DNA from: Escherichia coli
GTDB lineage: Bacteria; Pseudomonadota; Gammaproteobacteria; Enterobacterales; Enterobacteriaceae
Length of the DNA: 64,000 nt
Assembly (NCBI RefSeq): GCF_003790525.1
Contig: NZ_CP033635.1
Strand: one strand, 5' to 3'
Each line of letters starts with the position of its first letter. Position 1 is the first letter of the stretch. The notes beneath the pieces are model-generated. The model saw nothing but the letters and a program-made list of their open reading frames with translations. It was not told the DNA's origin and ran no database searches. Shown piece after piece: positions 1-9,512 of the stretch. A program made the position numbers and the translations under genes.

Positions 1-62
1 GTCAGCGTTGAAAACGTACCGGTAAGCGCAGCTACCGCAGTGAGTGCCAGTAACTTTTTCAC
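1..62 (-). CDS. 5' end of a secreted-protein gene (signal peptide MKKLLALTAVAALTGTFSTL...), continues beyond the window start
   Basis: Reverse-strand reading from a GTG at 62..60 gives a typical signal peptide; a GGAGAGG Shine-Dalgarno lies just upstream (revcomp of ~66-72). Product unknown. Confidence 0.35.
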   Translation of the reverse strand, partial: MKKLLALTAVAALTGTFSTL

Positions 63-377
63 AATCCACCTCTCCTGATGTTTCCTTCAGACATATGAAT
101 TTGTCCAATTTTAAGACGGATTTCTCATTGGTAAAATGAATTGTACAGATCGTATCGATCGACAAAGTCGATCGTTAAGCAGAAAAAAGATTTATCGTCA
201 GCGAAGATTTGTTTATGGAAATGACTGAAAAAACGGGTTAAAAAACAGACTGTTCTGTCCATGTGAAACGGGAAGTGACGGGATAAGACGTTATGTGAGG
301 ATTGTTACGGGAAATGCTGTTTTACGTTGTTAAAATGTAACTCCGCAATGAAACTATCCCCTGTGGAGGTCCTGTAA

Positions 378-731
378 ATGAACAAAGCACTCTCTTCCAT
401 TCTGCTCATCTTCGGTATCTGTGCATCATCACTGGCCGCTGAAAAAAACAGAACCGTCAGTTTTCCACGATGTGAAGTACAGGAAGCATCAGCTGTTGCA
501 GCCAGCGTCAAACGGGACTATCTCCAGAAACAGGTATTTCAGTGGAAAGATGATCAGGAAATTCTCGGTCAGCAGCGTCCCGTTGTCTGGGTGAATCTTC
601 GTGAGCCGGTAAATAAAGGTGATAATGTCATCACAGTGCATCTCACTGCCCGTGGAAAGAAAGCAGATATTCAGTATCGTGTGCGCGTTGACTGTAAGAA
701 CGGAAGTGCTACCTGGCAACGCCAGGGATGA
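378..731 (+). CDS. YebF-like small secreted protein (island paralog)
   Basis: 117-aa ORF with signal peptide and conserved motifs (SVKRDY, DCK) resembling E. coli YebF from memory; the neighbourhood is not the K-12 yebF locus. Confidence 0.7.
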   Translation: MNKALSSILLIFGICASSLAAEKNRTVSFPRCEVQEASAVAASVKRDYLQKQVFQWKDDQEILGQQRPVVWVNLREPVNKGDNVITVHLTARGKKADIQYRVRVDCKNGSATWQRQG

Positions 732-777
732 ACGGGTGAAGTTGAATACAGAGCCCGAACGAACGGGCTCTCCATAC

Positions 778-1350
778 TCATCGTATATAACTGAATGCGG
801 TGATGACGTGTTTCACCCCCGCCACGCGACTGGCGATATCAGCAGCAGCCTGTCCTTCCTTCTCTGTAACTCTCCCCATAAGAAAGACTTCACCATTCTC
901 CGTCAGTACCTTTACATCTGACAGTTTCACCCTGCTGCTCTTCAGTAACTGTGCCCGGATTTTTGTGGTCAGCCACGCATCAGTAGCTGTTTTATCAGCC
1001 CGAAGTGGTTTTCCCGTCCTTATTTCATTCCATACCTGCACAGTCCCCTCAACACCATCTGCAATCTGACGGGCTTTTTCACCTGCACTACGGTCTGGTG
1101 CCTGCCCTGTCAGCAGTACAGTGCCCTGGTATGCTGTGACGATGATTCGCGCATCCCCCCTGAGTTGTGAGTCCTTCGACAGCGCACGGCTGACCCTTGC
1201 TTCCAGAATTTCATCATCAATCTGCGTTCCCGCACTTCGGGGGTCCACTGACACTTTAGTACCCACAGCAGCCGTACCGACCAGCGCAGCGGCAACACAA
1301 CCCTGTAACAGCAACAGAGTCGAAAGAAAAGGCAGAAACCAGCGTTGCAT
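778..1350 (-). CDS. DolP/YraP-like BON-domain outer-membrane lipoprotein (island paralog)
   Basis: Lipobox LLLQGC followed by two BON-like repeats; strong resemblance to DolP (YraP). Start placed at the internal ATG (MQRWFLPF...) rather than the upstream ORF-track Met. Confidence 0.7.
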   Translation of the reverse strand: MQRWFLPFLSTLLLLQGCVAAALVGTAAVGTKVSVDPRSAGTQIDDEILEARVSRALSKDSQLRGDARIIVTAYQGTVLLTGQAPDRSAGEKARQIADGVEGTVQVWNEIRTGKPLRADKTATDAWLTTKIRAQLLKSSRVKLSDVKVLTENGEVFLMGRVTEKEGQAAADIASRVAGVKHVITAFSYIR

Positions 1351-1673
1351 GGCAGAATCCTCCACGGTCTGATATCCGGAATTTCGCAGTATGACGGCAG
1401 GAATCAGCCATCACAGATACCACAAGCTTCAGAGAGTAACGAAAACGTTAAAGGAAACGGAAGTGCCTGAATGTAAAGAACGGGGAACCACACAGGGTAT
1501 GGACAAACATAATAACAATAACAGGATGAAAATATTGAATAAAAAATAAAAACCGAGACATCATCATTTGCAGTAATAGCCACCTCCTTACCGAAAAGTG
1601 TGAGTTGCCGGACATTTTTTAAACGCATGATAAGGTCTGATGATACAGTCACCCTGCAACCAGGAGGTACATC

Positions 1674-1967
1674 ATGCGTATACGTGTTTTTGGTTACCGG
1701 CACTGCCCTTCAGTCCATCGCATCATGCATCACGCAACGCGAATCCCCGATGAAATGGAACCGGATGTTGTGTTTATTGATGTCGCGAAGCACAGTGTGA
1801 CGCTGCGGGATATGGCTGACCGTGCAGGCTGCCCGGTGGATAACTTCCCGTGTGTGTTTGTTGATGATGTCTATCTGGAGCCCCTCCACCAGAACCGGGC
1901 AAACCGCACTTTACATACTGCTGAATATTTATTACCGGATATGGACAATCGCTTTCATTCGGGATAA
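1674..1967 (+). CDS. hypothetical protein, possibly glutaredoxin-like fold
   Basis: 97-aa ORF with an N-terminal beta-strand plus CPxx motif (MRIRVFGYRHCPSV) reminiscent of glutaredoxin/NrdH, but without a canonical CxxC; weak call. Confidence 0.3.
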   Translation: MRIRVFGYRHCPSVHRIMHHATRIPDEMEPDVVFIDVAKHSVTLRDMADRAGCPVDNFPCVFVDDVYLEPLHQNRANRTLHTAEYLLPDMDNRFHSG

Positions 1968-2091
1968 AAAATACTGCGCGTTCCTGGTTTATTTTGCGTT
2001 GCTGTCATGACGTGTTTGCCTTCATTGCCGGGATCGCGCACTTTTTGTTATAACTCCCCGGAGGACACTGTCTGTAATCAGATGGAAACCT

Positions 2092-2526
2092 TTATCTCAG
2101 TGATGTCCTGGTTAATACAGAATACTGCCCCGGACCAAGTAACATAATGGCAATCCCCCCCATGAAATACAGCATTTCATTTTCAAGCCCCCACGCCCCT
2201 ACTTCAGTCAGTGTGAAAAACTTCCCTGTTCCGACCAGAAGCGTGGCAACAATCAGTGTCAGCGCATAAATCAGAGCAGCAGGTCTGGTAAATATCCCAA
2301 GAATGATAAGTACCGGAGCCACGATTTCACCAATATACACACCATAGGCAATAAATCCTGGCAAACCAGCATCCTGCAACATTGATATAATCCAGTTGAC
2401 ACCGTGCTCTATTTTGGCCACACCATGGAACAGCATCAATATACCAAATGTCAGTCTCAGCAACAGAAGACCTGTATCCGGGTAGTCTGTCAGTCTGGTA
2501 AAGAACATATTTATTCTTGCTGGCAT
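2092..2526 (-). CDS. DoxX-family inner membrane protein
   Basis: 144-aa hydrophobic ORF with the DoxX-like N-terminal pattern (LLLLRLTFGILMLFHG). Confidence 0.65.
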   Translation of the reverse strand: MPARINMFFTRLTDYPDTGLLLLRLTFGILMLFHGVAKIEHGVNWIISMLQDAGLPGFIAYGVYIGEIVAPVLIILGIFTRPAALIYALTLIVATLLVGTGKFFTLTEVGAWGLENEMLYFMGGIAIMLLGPGQYSVLTRTSLR

Positions 2527-3085
2527 AAAAAACCTCGTTAAACGATAACAGATAATGAAGAAACTATTATCGTTGAGTCGACACCATCAATTGACCAGAT
2601 ATTTCTGACATTCATAATCAAAAAATTTGACAAAACTGTAAACGTTCGCTTTTTATACCAACACAGAATCCACTCAGTCACACAACCTGTATGCGTCATT
2701 TCCTGCTGTTATTTAAAAAATTTCTCACGTAACAGACATTTCAAAAAAACACTAAAAAATACCAGAACAATTAAGATAATATTACGATCAAATAAGTAAA
2801 AGTCTTTTGTCTGTTATTTTTATTTTCTGTGATTACTGTCATTCTTTCACCACTTTAATTAACATCGCATAATAATCCGGGAGGTGGATAAGATATGAAA
2901 ATTAACTATCCTTTACTGGCGCTGGCGTTGAATTATTACCTGTAGAGCTCACTCCGGATGAGCAGAAAGAACCGATGGTGGCTCTTACTCCACTTTTATC
3001 CACTCCTTCACACAGCACTGTCAGTGCAGGTGCCTGAAAGATCTCGTTCCGTCACGGTAAAATGACGCTGGAAAATTCTTCACCA

Positions 3086-3285
3086 GAACTGCTCACTGTG
3101 TTAATTCGTGAACTGACCTGGGGGGAATGCGTGGTACCCTGCTGTACGGACTAATCGGAACCTGTCGGTTGAACGGTATCGATCCGGAAGCGTATCTGCG
3201 CCATATCCTGAACGTTCTACCGGAATGGCCTTCCTGCATGGTTGATGAACTCCTGCCATGGAATATGGTGCTCCCATTGGGGTAA
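3086..3285 (+). mobile_element. IS66-family transposase 3' remnant
   Basis: Translation ...GTLLYGLIGTCRLNGIDPEAYLRHILNVLPEWPSCMVDELLPWNMVLPLG* matches the conserved C-terminal end of IS66-family transposases; no intact upstream ORF. Confidence 0.6.
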
Positions 3286-3411
3286 GCGTCAATACGGCGT
3301 TCGCTTAACTTAACACTTACTTTCAAAGCCTGATATCTGTCCTACGCTTTTCCTCAATACCACATCGCCAGCAGGAAACAACCTAATGCCTGTGTTGGGG
3401 TCTGAATTACT

Positions 3412-3427
3412 AATGATAATCATTTGC
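3412..3427 (+). promoter_or_regulatory. putative Fur box upstream of sitA
   Basis: AATGATAATCATTTGC resembles the Fur consensus GATAATGATAATCATTATC; sit operons are known to be Fur-regulated. Confidence 0.5.
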
Positions 3428-3449
3428 ATTGTGTATAGCTTATGCTATA

Positions 3450-3471
3450 AAACATAGCCGTTGCTATGTTT
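3450..3471 (+). promoter_or_regulatory. putative MntR operator upstream of sitA
   Basis: Near-perfect palindrome AAACATAGC-cgtt-GCTATGTTT, as in MntR sites of mntH/sitA. Confidence 0.55.
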
Positions 3472-3503
3472 GTTCTAATTTTACTCACTATAGGTACTGA
3501 ATT

Positions 3504-4418
3504 ATGCACTCAATAAAAAAAGTAACCATGCTCCTGGGGTGCCTCGCCCTCACCTGCTCGATAGCATTTCAGGCGAGTGCAACTGAAAAATTCAAGGTCA
3601 TTACAACATTTACCATCATCGCAGATATGGCCAAAAACGTGGCTGGAGATGCTGCAGAAGTCTCATCCATAACCAGGCCCGGTGCAGAAATTCATGAGTA
3701 TCAGCCTACCCCTGGCGATATTAAACGTGCGCAGGGGGCACAACTGATTCTCGCCAACGGTATGAATCTGGAATTGTGGTTCCAGCGCTTTTACCAGCAT
3801 CTCAGTGGGGTTCCAGAAGTGATTGTCTCTTCGGGTGTGACGCCAGTAGGGATCACCGAAGGCCCCTACGAGGGAAAACCTAACCCTCATGCCTGGATGT
3901 CGCCAGATAATGCTTTGATTTACGTCGATAATATTCGTGATGCGTTGATAAAATACGATCCGGCAAATGCAAAAACATACCAACGTAATGCCGATACTTA
4001 TAAAGCCAAGATTACCCAAACCCTTGCCCCCCTGCGTAAGCAGATTGCTGAACTCCCTGAGAATAAAAGATGGATGGTCACCAGTGAAGGGGCTTTTTCT
4101 TATCTCGCACGCGATTTGGGGCTAAAAGAGCTTTATCTGTGGCCGATAAATGCCGATCAACAAGGAACACCCCAGCAGGTACGTAAAGTGGTTGATATAG
4201 TGAAGAAAAATAATATCCCAGCGGTATTTAGTGAGAGTACGGTTTCCGATAAACCAGCGCGTCAGGTTGCGCGTGAAACCGGCGCACACTACGGCGGTGT
4301 GCTCTATGTCGATTCCCTGAGCACAGAAAACGGCCCGGTACCTACGTATATCGACCTTCTGAAGGTTACTACCAGTACGCTGGTGCAGGGAATTAAAGCC
4401 GGGAAAAGGGAGAAGTAA
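3504..4418 (+). CDS. sitA: SitA, periplasmic Mn/Fe-binding protein of the SitABCD ABC transporter
   Basis: 304-aa ORF with signal peptide and metal-binding SBP cluster-9 features; matches SitA from memory. Confidence 0.85.
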   Translation: MHSIKKVTMLLGCLALTCSIAFQASATEKFKVITTFTIIADMAKNVAGDAAEVSSITRPGAEIHEYQPTPGDIKRAQGAQLILANGMNLELWFQRFYQHLSGVPEVIVSSGVTPVGITEGPYEGKPNPHAWMSPDNALIYVDNIRDALIKYDPANAKTYQRNADTYKAKITQTLAPLRKQIAELPENKRWMVTSEGAFSYLARDLGLKELYLWPINADQQGTPQQVRKVVDIVKKNNIPAVFSESTVSDKPARQVARETGAHYGGVLYVDSLSTENGPVPTYIDLLKVTTSTLVQGIKAGKREK

Positions 4419-4560
4419 TGATGCAATCTGCGGGTATTGTCGTTAATGGCGTTACTGTCACCTGGCGAAACGGGCAGAAAGCACTGCGCGATGCATCCTT
4501 CACAGTACCAGGCGGATCTATTGCCGCTCTGCTTGGGGTAAACGGTTCCGGTGAAATCGT
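4418..4560 (+). pseudogene. sitB: sitB remnant (ATPase truncated just after the Walker A region)
   Basis: ORF begins like SitB (GIVVNGVTVTWRNGQKALRDASFTVPGGSIAALLGVNGSG) then diverges into unrelated sequence; sitC and sitD are absent. Confidence 0.7.
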
Positions 4561-4900
4561 CTTGACACGTTTCTGGGCTCGTCATCAGCGGTTGTTGCGA
4601 ATGATCGCCGCCCTGCGATGGTTGATTTATTTTATTGCGCCCCGGCGTCTGCCTTGCCAGGTACCGGAGGCGGGCTCTGAAGGACTGAGTAGGGTGAGCG
4701 CGTCAGGCCGCGAAGTACTGACACGGGAGTTTGTGGCAGGCAGTGAAGTCCTGACCAGGGTAAGGGAGGCGCTGACGTGCAGGTCCTGACTGTCAGCCAG
4801 GCGCATGGTGACTGACTTTCTCAATAACCCGCTGTCAGGCGCTCAACGCCCGACAGCAGGCCATGGCCCGGTGTGCAAAGACCTGACGGCAGGTGTTGTG

Positions 4901-5221
4901 TCACCCGGAGAAGGTAAATCCCTCAAGAGGCAGCAGCTCAGCCAGTCGGTCCTCAGGCCACTCCGGCAGGCGCGTCAGTACGTCCGTCAGCCAGGCATGT
5001 GGCTCCAGACCATTACGCTTTGCTGTTTCCAGAAGACTCATTATCTGTGCCGCGCGTTTGCCGGCCATCAGCGAGCCTGCGAATAACCATGCCTTTCGCC
5101 CCAGCGTGACCGGGCGGATGGCTCGTTCGCAGATATTGTTGTCCGGTGGCACAGAGCCATCATCCAGAAAACGGCACAGCTCATCAGGTCGTTTCAGGAT
5201 ATAGCTGATAGCCTTATGCAA
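4901..5221 (-). mobile_element. IS66-family transposase C-terminal remnant
   Basis: 106-aa ORF (...ICERAIRPVTLGRKAWLFAGS...LETAKRNGLEPHAWLTDVLTRLPEW...) matches the IS66-family transposase C-terminus; the 5' part of the gene is missing. Confidence 0.7.
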
Positions 5222-5694
5222 TGGACTGTCTGGCGGACCGCCTGCTCCTGCTCTTGACGGTTTTTTGCCTTGTATATCAGGTTATAGACGAGAAGATTGT
5301 CGTCTTCGTGGTTTCCGTCAGGAAAAGAGAATGCTCAAAAGTGTATAGTAAGGCGGTCAAACGCATTCGCTGAAATAAGATGTGTCACTTCAGCTTTGCG
5401 TTAACACGACTATTTTTCATCACTCAAGCGGTAGTCCCGGTGACTCACACGTATACGAGTCACCGCTTCAGATTTGAGTATCCGAATTTAAATCAGGGAC
5501 ACAATGGAAGAAGCGAACACTTTCGCATCCTCTTCCTGCAATTCGCAGACTGTCACTCTGCGTCCAGTTCCCTCTTTCCTCAGCAGGTACCAACGCCAGG
5601 CTCCCGACAAAGGTTGACCTGAAACGACCAAATACACAGGAAACAAAATACTGTCAGACAGAACGAGGCGTGCTATACATCACGCCTCAATGCT

Positions 5695-6684
5695 TCAGTG
5701 GCTGATTTTTTTCAGCTGTTCTTCACTCAATCCCGTGATTTTCATGATGGTCTGAAGCCCCATTCCTTCAGCCAACATATTACGCGCCGTTTCCAGTTTG
5801 CCTTCCAGTTGTCCTTCGAGTCGCCCTTCGGCACGGCCTTCCATTCTGCCTTCCATTCTGCCTTCTAGCTTACCGCGCTCCATACCCTGGGCAATACCGC
5901 GCTCAAATCCCTTGACTTCCCCTTCCTGCTTCAGTTGTTCAGCCAGTGTCATTATGTTGCCCTCATGCTGTGGCAGCCGCTCCGCCAGCGTCTGCAAAAA
6001 CCTTACCGTCACATGTTCACTGCCGTTCAGCAGATAGTGGAACAGAGCCTTCGCCAGCTCTTCATTCAGTGAAGTCTGTATCAGCTGAACCAGCCTGTCC
6101 ATCTGCAGCATGATGTCGCGGCTGCGGCTGTGTTTCATCAGCAGCGTCAGTGCCCCCATTCGGCGGTGTTGCATTATCTCATCGTCATCCAGTACCGTCA
6201 CGTCCACCAGGTGGAACGGTCTGGTGTAGATTTTAGCAGCAAGTTCCGGATTTCTGAAACACTCCAGCCAGTTCATGCTGTACGGGTACGGGCTCCGCTC
6301 ACCGTGGTAGAATAACAGCGGGATCACCAGCGGCAGCTCATGGTGCTGTTCAAAGTGACGCTGCATCGCCGCCACCGCATATCTGAGCATCCTGAACGCC
6401 ATAAACGCGTTTTCCGTACTCTGGTGTTCCGCGAGGCAATAAATATACCCCTCCTCACCGCTGACGGTCTTCATGCTGAACAGCGCATCGCACGCATACT
6501 GTTTCAGATCCTGGTCCACAAAGGTACAGGGCTCCAGCCGCAGCGTCGACAGATCACACAACTGCCGGTATTCCGCCGGAAGATGCAGTTCAACAAAATC
6601 ACGGGCCACCTCTGCTGAGGCCATAAACGCCCTGAAGGCGGCATCATGCGGCGTGGGCGTATTTTTCTCTTTCCTGCTGCTCAC
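5695..6684 (-). CDS. Rpn-family recombination-promoting nuclease (YhgA-like putative transposase)
   Basis: 329-aa ORF with PDDEXK-like N-terminal region and the characteristic C-terminal EGRxEGR repeat tail of RpnA-E paralogs. Confidence 0.8.
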   Translation of the reverse strand: MSSRKEKNTPTPHDAAFRAFMASAEVARDFVELHLPAEYRQLCDLSTLRLEPCTFVDQDLKQYACDALFSMKTVSGEEGYIYCLAEHQSTENAFMAFRMLRYAVAAMQRHFEQHHELPLVIPLLFYHGERSPYPYSMNWLECFRNPELAAKIYTRPFHLVDVTVLDDDEIMQHRRMGALTLLMKHSRSRDIMLQMDRLVQLIQTSLNEELAKALFHYLLNGSEHVTVRFLQTLAERLPQHEGNIMTLAEQLKQEGEVKGFERGIAQGMERGKLEGRMEGRMEGRAEGRLEGQLEGKLETARNMLAEGMGLQTIMKITGLSEEQLKKISH

Positions 6685-6918
6685 TGTTTATCTCTTCTGA
6701 ACCAGGTAACATTAACAGAACATGTTTCAGGATATCCGCGCAGTGCGGAACATTACGGCTCACCACTGTGACGGCGGATCATCGCCACCCAGTATCCGAC
6801 AGACCCCTTACTTTGTTCGTAAACATCCTTCCTGCCCCCCTGAATCTCCAGACAACCAATATCACTTAAATAAGTGATAGTCTTAATACTAGTTTTTAGA
6901 CTAGTCATTGGAGAACAG

Positions 6919-7284
6919 ATGATTGATGTCTTAGGGCCGGAGAAACGCAGACGGCGTACCACACAGGAAAAGATCGCAATTGTTCAGCAGAGTTTTGAAC
7001 CGGGAATGACGGTCTCCCTTGTAGCCCGGCAACACGGTGTGGCAGCCAGCCAGCTATTTCTCTGGCGCAAGCAATACCAGGAGGGAAGTCTTACTGCTGT
7101 GGCCGCAGGAGAACAGGTCGTTCCTGCCTCTGAACTTGCTGCTGCCATGAAGCAGATTAAAGAACTCCAGCGCCTGCTCGGCAAAAAAACGATGGAAAAT
7201 GAACTCCTCAAAGAAGCCGTTGAATATGGACGGGCAAAAAAGTGGATAGCGCACGCGCCCTTATTGCCCGGGGATGGGGAGTAA
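6919..7284 (+). CDS. insC: IS2 transposase OrfA (InsC)
   Basis: [56 protein letters not shown]... is the IS2 OrfA sequence. Confidence 0.9.
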
Positions 7285-8147
7285 GCTTAGTCAGCCGTTG
7301 TCTCCGGGTGTCGCGTGCGCAGTTGCACGTCATTCTCAGACGAACCGATGACTGGATGGATGGCCGCCGCAGTCGTCACACTGATGATACGGATGTGCTT
7401 CTCCGTATACACCATGTTATCGGAGAGCTGCCCACGTATGGTTATCGTCGGGTATGGGCGCTGCTTCGCAGACAGGCAGAACTTGATGGTATGCCTGCGA
7501 TCAATGCCAAACGTGTTTACCGGATCATGCGCCAGAATGCGCTGTTGCTTGAGCGAAAACCTGCTGTACCGCCATCGAAACGGGCACATACAGGCAGAGT
7601 GGCTGTGAAAGAAAGTAATCAGCGATGGTGCTCTGACGGGTTCGAGTTCCGCTGTGATAACGGAGAAAAACTGCGAGTCACGTTCGCGCTGGACTGCTGT
7701 GACCGTGAGGCACTGCACTGGGCGGTCACTACGGGCGGCTTCAACAGTGAAACAGTACAGGACGTCATGCCAGGAGCGGTGGAACGCCGCTTCGGCAACG
7801 ATCTTCCGGCGTCTCCAGTAGAGTGGCTGACGGATAATGGTTCATGCTACCGGGCTAATGAAACACGGCAGTTTGCCCGGATGTTGGGGCTTGAACCGAA
7901 GAGCACGGCGGTGCGGAGTCCGGAGAGTAACGGCATAGCAGAGAGCTTCGTGAAAACGATAAAGCGTGACTACATCAGTATCATGCCTAAACCAGACGGG
8001 TTAACGGCAGCAAAGAACCTTGCAGAGGCGTTCGAGCATTATAACGAATGGCATCCGCATAGTGCACTGGGTTATCGCTCGCCACGGGAATATCTGCGGC
8101 AGCAGGCCAGTAATGGGTTAAGTGATAACAGGTGTCTGGAAATATAG
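7242..8147 (+). CDS. insD: IS2 transposase OrfB (InsD)
   Basis: 301-aa ORF with integrase-core catalytic region, overlapping orfA in the -1 frame as in IS3-family elements. Confidence 0.9.
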
Positions 8148-8199
8148 GGGCAAATCCACCTGAATCTGAGGCAGCACCTGGCACGGCTGGGACGGAAGT

Positions 8200-8441
8200 C
8201 GCTGTCGTTTTCAAAATCGGTGGAGCTGCATGACAAAGTCATCAGGCATTATCTGAACATAAAACACTATCAATAAGTTGGAGTCATTACCGTGTTCCCG
8301 ACAGACGACTCGGTGAAAAAAGTGGTGTGGCTGGCAATCCAGTCTGCGTCCCAGAAATGGACGATGCCGTTGAAGGACTGGCGAATGGCAATGAGCCGCT
8401 TTATTATCGAGTTCGGTGACCGCCTGGACGGTCACTTCTGA
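8200..8441 (+). mobile_element. IS256-family transposase 3' remnant
   Basis: Translation FPTDDSVKKVVWLAIQSASQKWTMPLKDWRMAMSRFIIEFGDRLDGHF* matches the conserved C-terminal tail of IS256-family transposases; only this tail is present, immediately right of IS2. Confidence 0.5.
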
Positions 8442-8473
8442 GAAAAGGCATTTACACAGAATCCTAAACAGGC

Positions 8474-9211
8474 TCATGTACAGCGCTGTACCGGGCAATG
8501 GGTAATACCGGTCACAACCGGTAACCCCAGAGACAATGCAACTGTTTTTAACGCAATATACTGGCCGGATGTATCACCCCGGGCAGCCTGAAAACACCTT
8601 TCCACCCGGCATTGTCCGTCAGCACTTATCACCCGCCATGTCTGTTGCAATAAATCCACCCGTTGCGAACATTCTTCATCAACCGTGGCACTGACCCGTG
8701 GATGGCAAATGCTCGTCTGGCTGAGCAGCAACAGGCATCGCATTGTTGCTCCTCCATGTTGTTCCCGCAACCAGCGTAATACCACCGGTGGTGCTGGACT
8801 GGCCGTGTGATTACGTTCAGTAATACGCTCGTGCACCTGTCGGTAAAAGGAAGTACAGAATGCATGAATCTGTTGTCCGTTGATGTTTCCTTCTGCCGAA
8901 TGGAGTGTGAAGTGGACGGCCAGCAGACGCGGCCAGTGATCCACCGCCTGCTGAATAAAACGCCGGATTTCCACCGGCTCTGAAAGTACGGTTTCGGTTA
9001 TTTGCACGATTTGATCCCCTTGAATGTTGCTGAACCGGTGTCGGTACGCAGGAAAGCACGCCGAGACCGGTACGATGCCTGTTACAGCGAAGAACGAGGA
9101 ATGACAGACGGGGGCAGCAGGTCGCCAGCACCAGGGACAGGGCTGATTTCCACAATACCAACGCTGGTATTTTGCACATTGCCAGCGTACCGGCATTACA
9201 ACACGTTTCAT
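8474..9211 (-). CDS. YagK/YfjJ-like (inovirus Gp2-like) protein, third tandem copy; possibly degenerate
   Basis: Central region (RLLAVHFTLH...NGQQIHAFCTSFYRQV...) parallels the two upstream paralogs; an internal Met at 9211 would overlap the alpA-like stop (ATGA). The N-terminal region is Cys/Trp-rich and atypical, so a frameshifted pseudogene is possible. Confidence 0.35.
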   Translation of the reverse strand: MKRVVMPVRWQCAKYQRWYCGNQPCPWCWRPAAPVCHSSFFAVTGIVPVSACFPAYRHRFSNIQGDQIVQITETVLSEPVEIRRFIQQAVDHWPRLLAVHFTLHSAEGNINGQQIHAFCTSFYRQVHERITERNHTASPAPPVVLRWLREQHGGATMRCLLLLSQTSICHPRVSATVDEECSQRVDLLQQTWRVISADGQCRVERCFQAARGDTSGQYIALKTVALSLGLPVVTGITHCPVQRCT

Positions 9212-9444
9212 GCTGCTGCCCCTCGTGATGCCTCGATTCGTTGCTGCATCCACTGCTCCACTTCACTTTTGTACCAGCGGCTGCTGCGCCCCAGTTTGAT
9301 GGGTTTAGGGAAATGGCCTTCACTGATCAGCTTGTAAAACCATTTGTCGGTCATACCAGTGAAGCTGGTGATGTAGTTCATGTCGATCAGGGGATCGTCG
9401 GCACGCAGCAATACGCTGTCGTGACCTGTCATTGAGGTCAACAT
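9208..9444 (-). CDS. AlpA-family prophage regulatory protein
   Basis: Contains ...FTGMTDKWFYKLISEGHFPKPIKLGRSSRWYKSEVEQWMQQRIEASRG, the typical AlpA-like helix-turn-helix of integrative islands. The true start is probably the internal Met at 9381. Confidence 0.7.
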   Translation of the reverse strand: MLTSMTGHDSVLLRADDPLIDMNYITSFTGMTDKWFYKLISEGHFPKPIKLGRSSRWYKSEVEQWMQQRIEASRGAAA

Positions 9445-9512
9445 GGTCAGAATGTCCTCTGTGAGATTTATGAATGTTGGGCAAATGCGGGTGAATCTGC
9501 TGAGCTGAGCTT

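Larger units (their letters stand above)
6826..8160 (+). mobile_element. IS2 insertion sequence (IS3 family)
   Basis: Left end ...CCCCCTGAATCTCCAGACAACCAATATCACTTAAATAAGTGATAGTCTTAATACTAG... and right end ...TGGAAATATAGGGGCAAATCCA match IS2 termini from memory; carries orfA/orfB. Boundaries approximate to a few bp. Confidence 0.85.

Noticed and set aside
4560-4900. ORFs 4627..4824 and 4805..5086 between sitB' and the IS66 remnant
   Set aside because: GC-rich junk frames continuing from the truncated sitB and antisense to the IS66 fragment; no family features.
8163-8290. Upstream in-frame continuation of the IS256-family transposase fragment
   Set aside because: The frame has stop codons immediately after the IS2 right end; only the last ~50 codons are recognisable, so the remnant is annotated as a fragment with approximate limits.
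8817-9323. 168-aa minus-strand ORF overlapping the alpA-like gene and the third YfjJ-like gene
   Set aside because: Low-complexity translation with no recognisable features; it conflicts with the better-supported AlpA-family reading frame.
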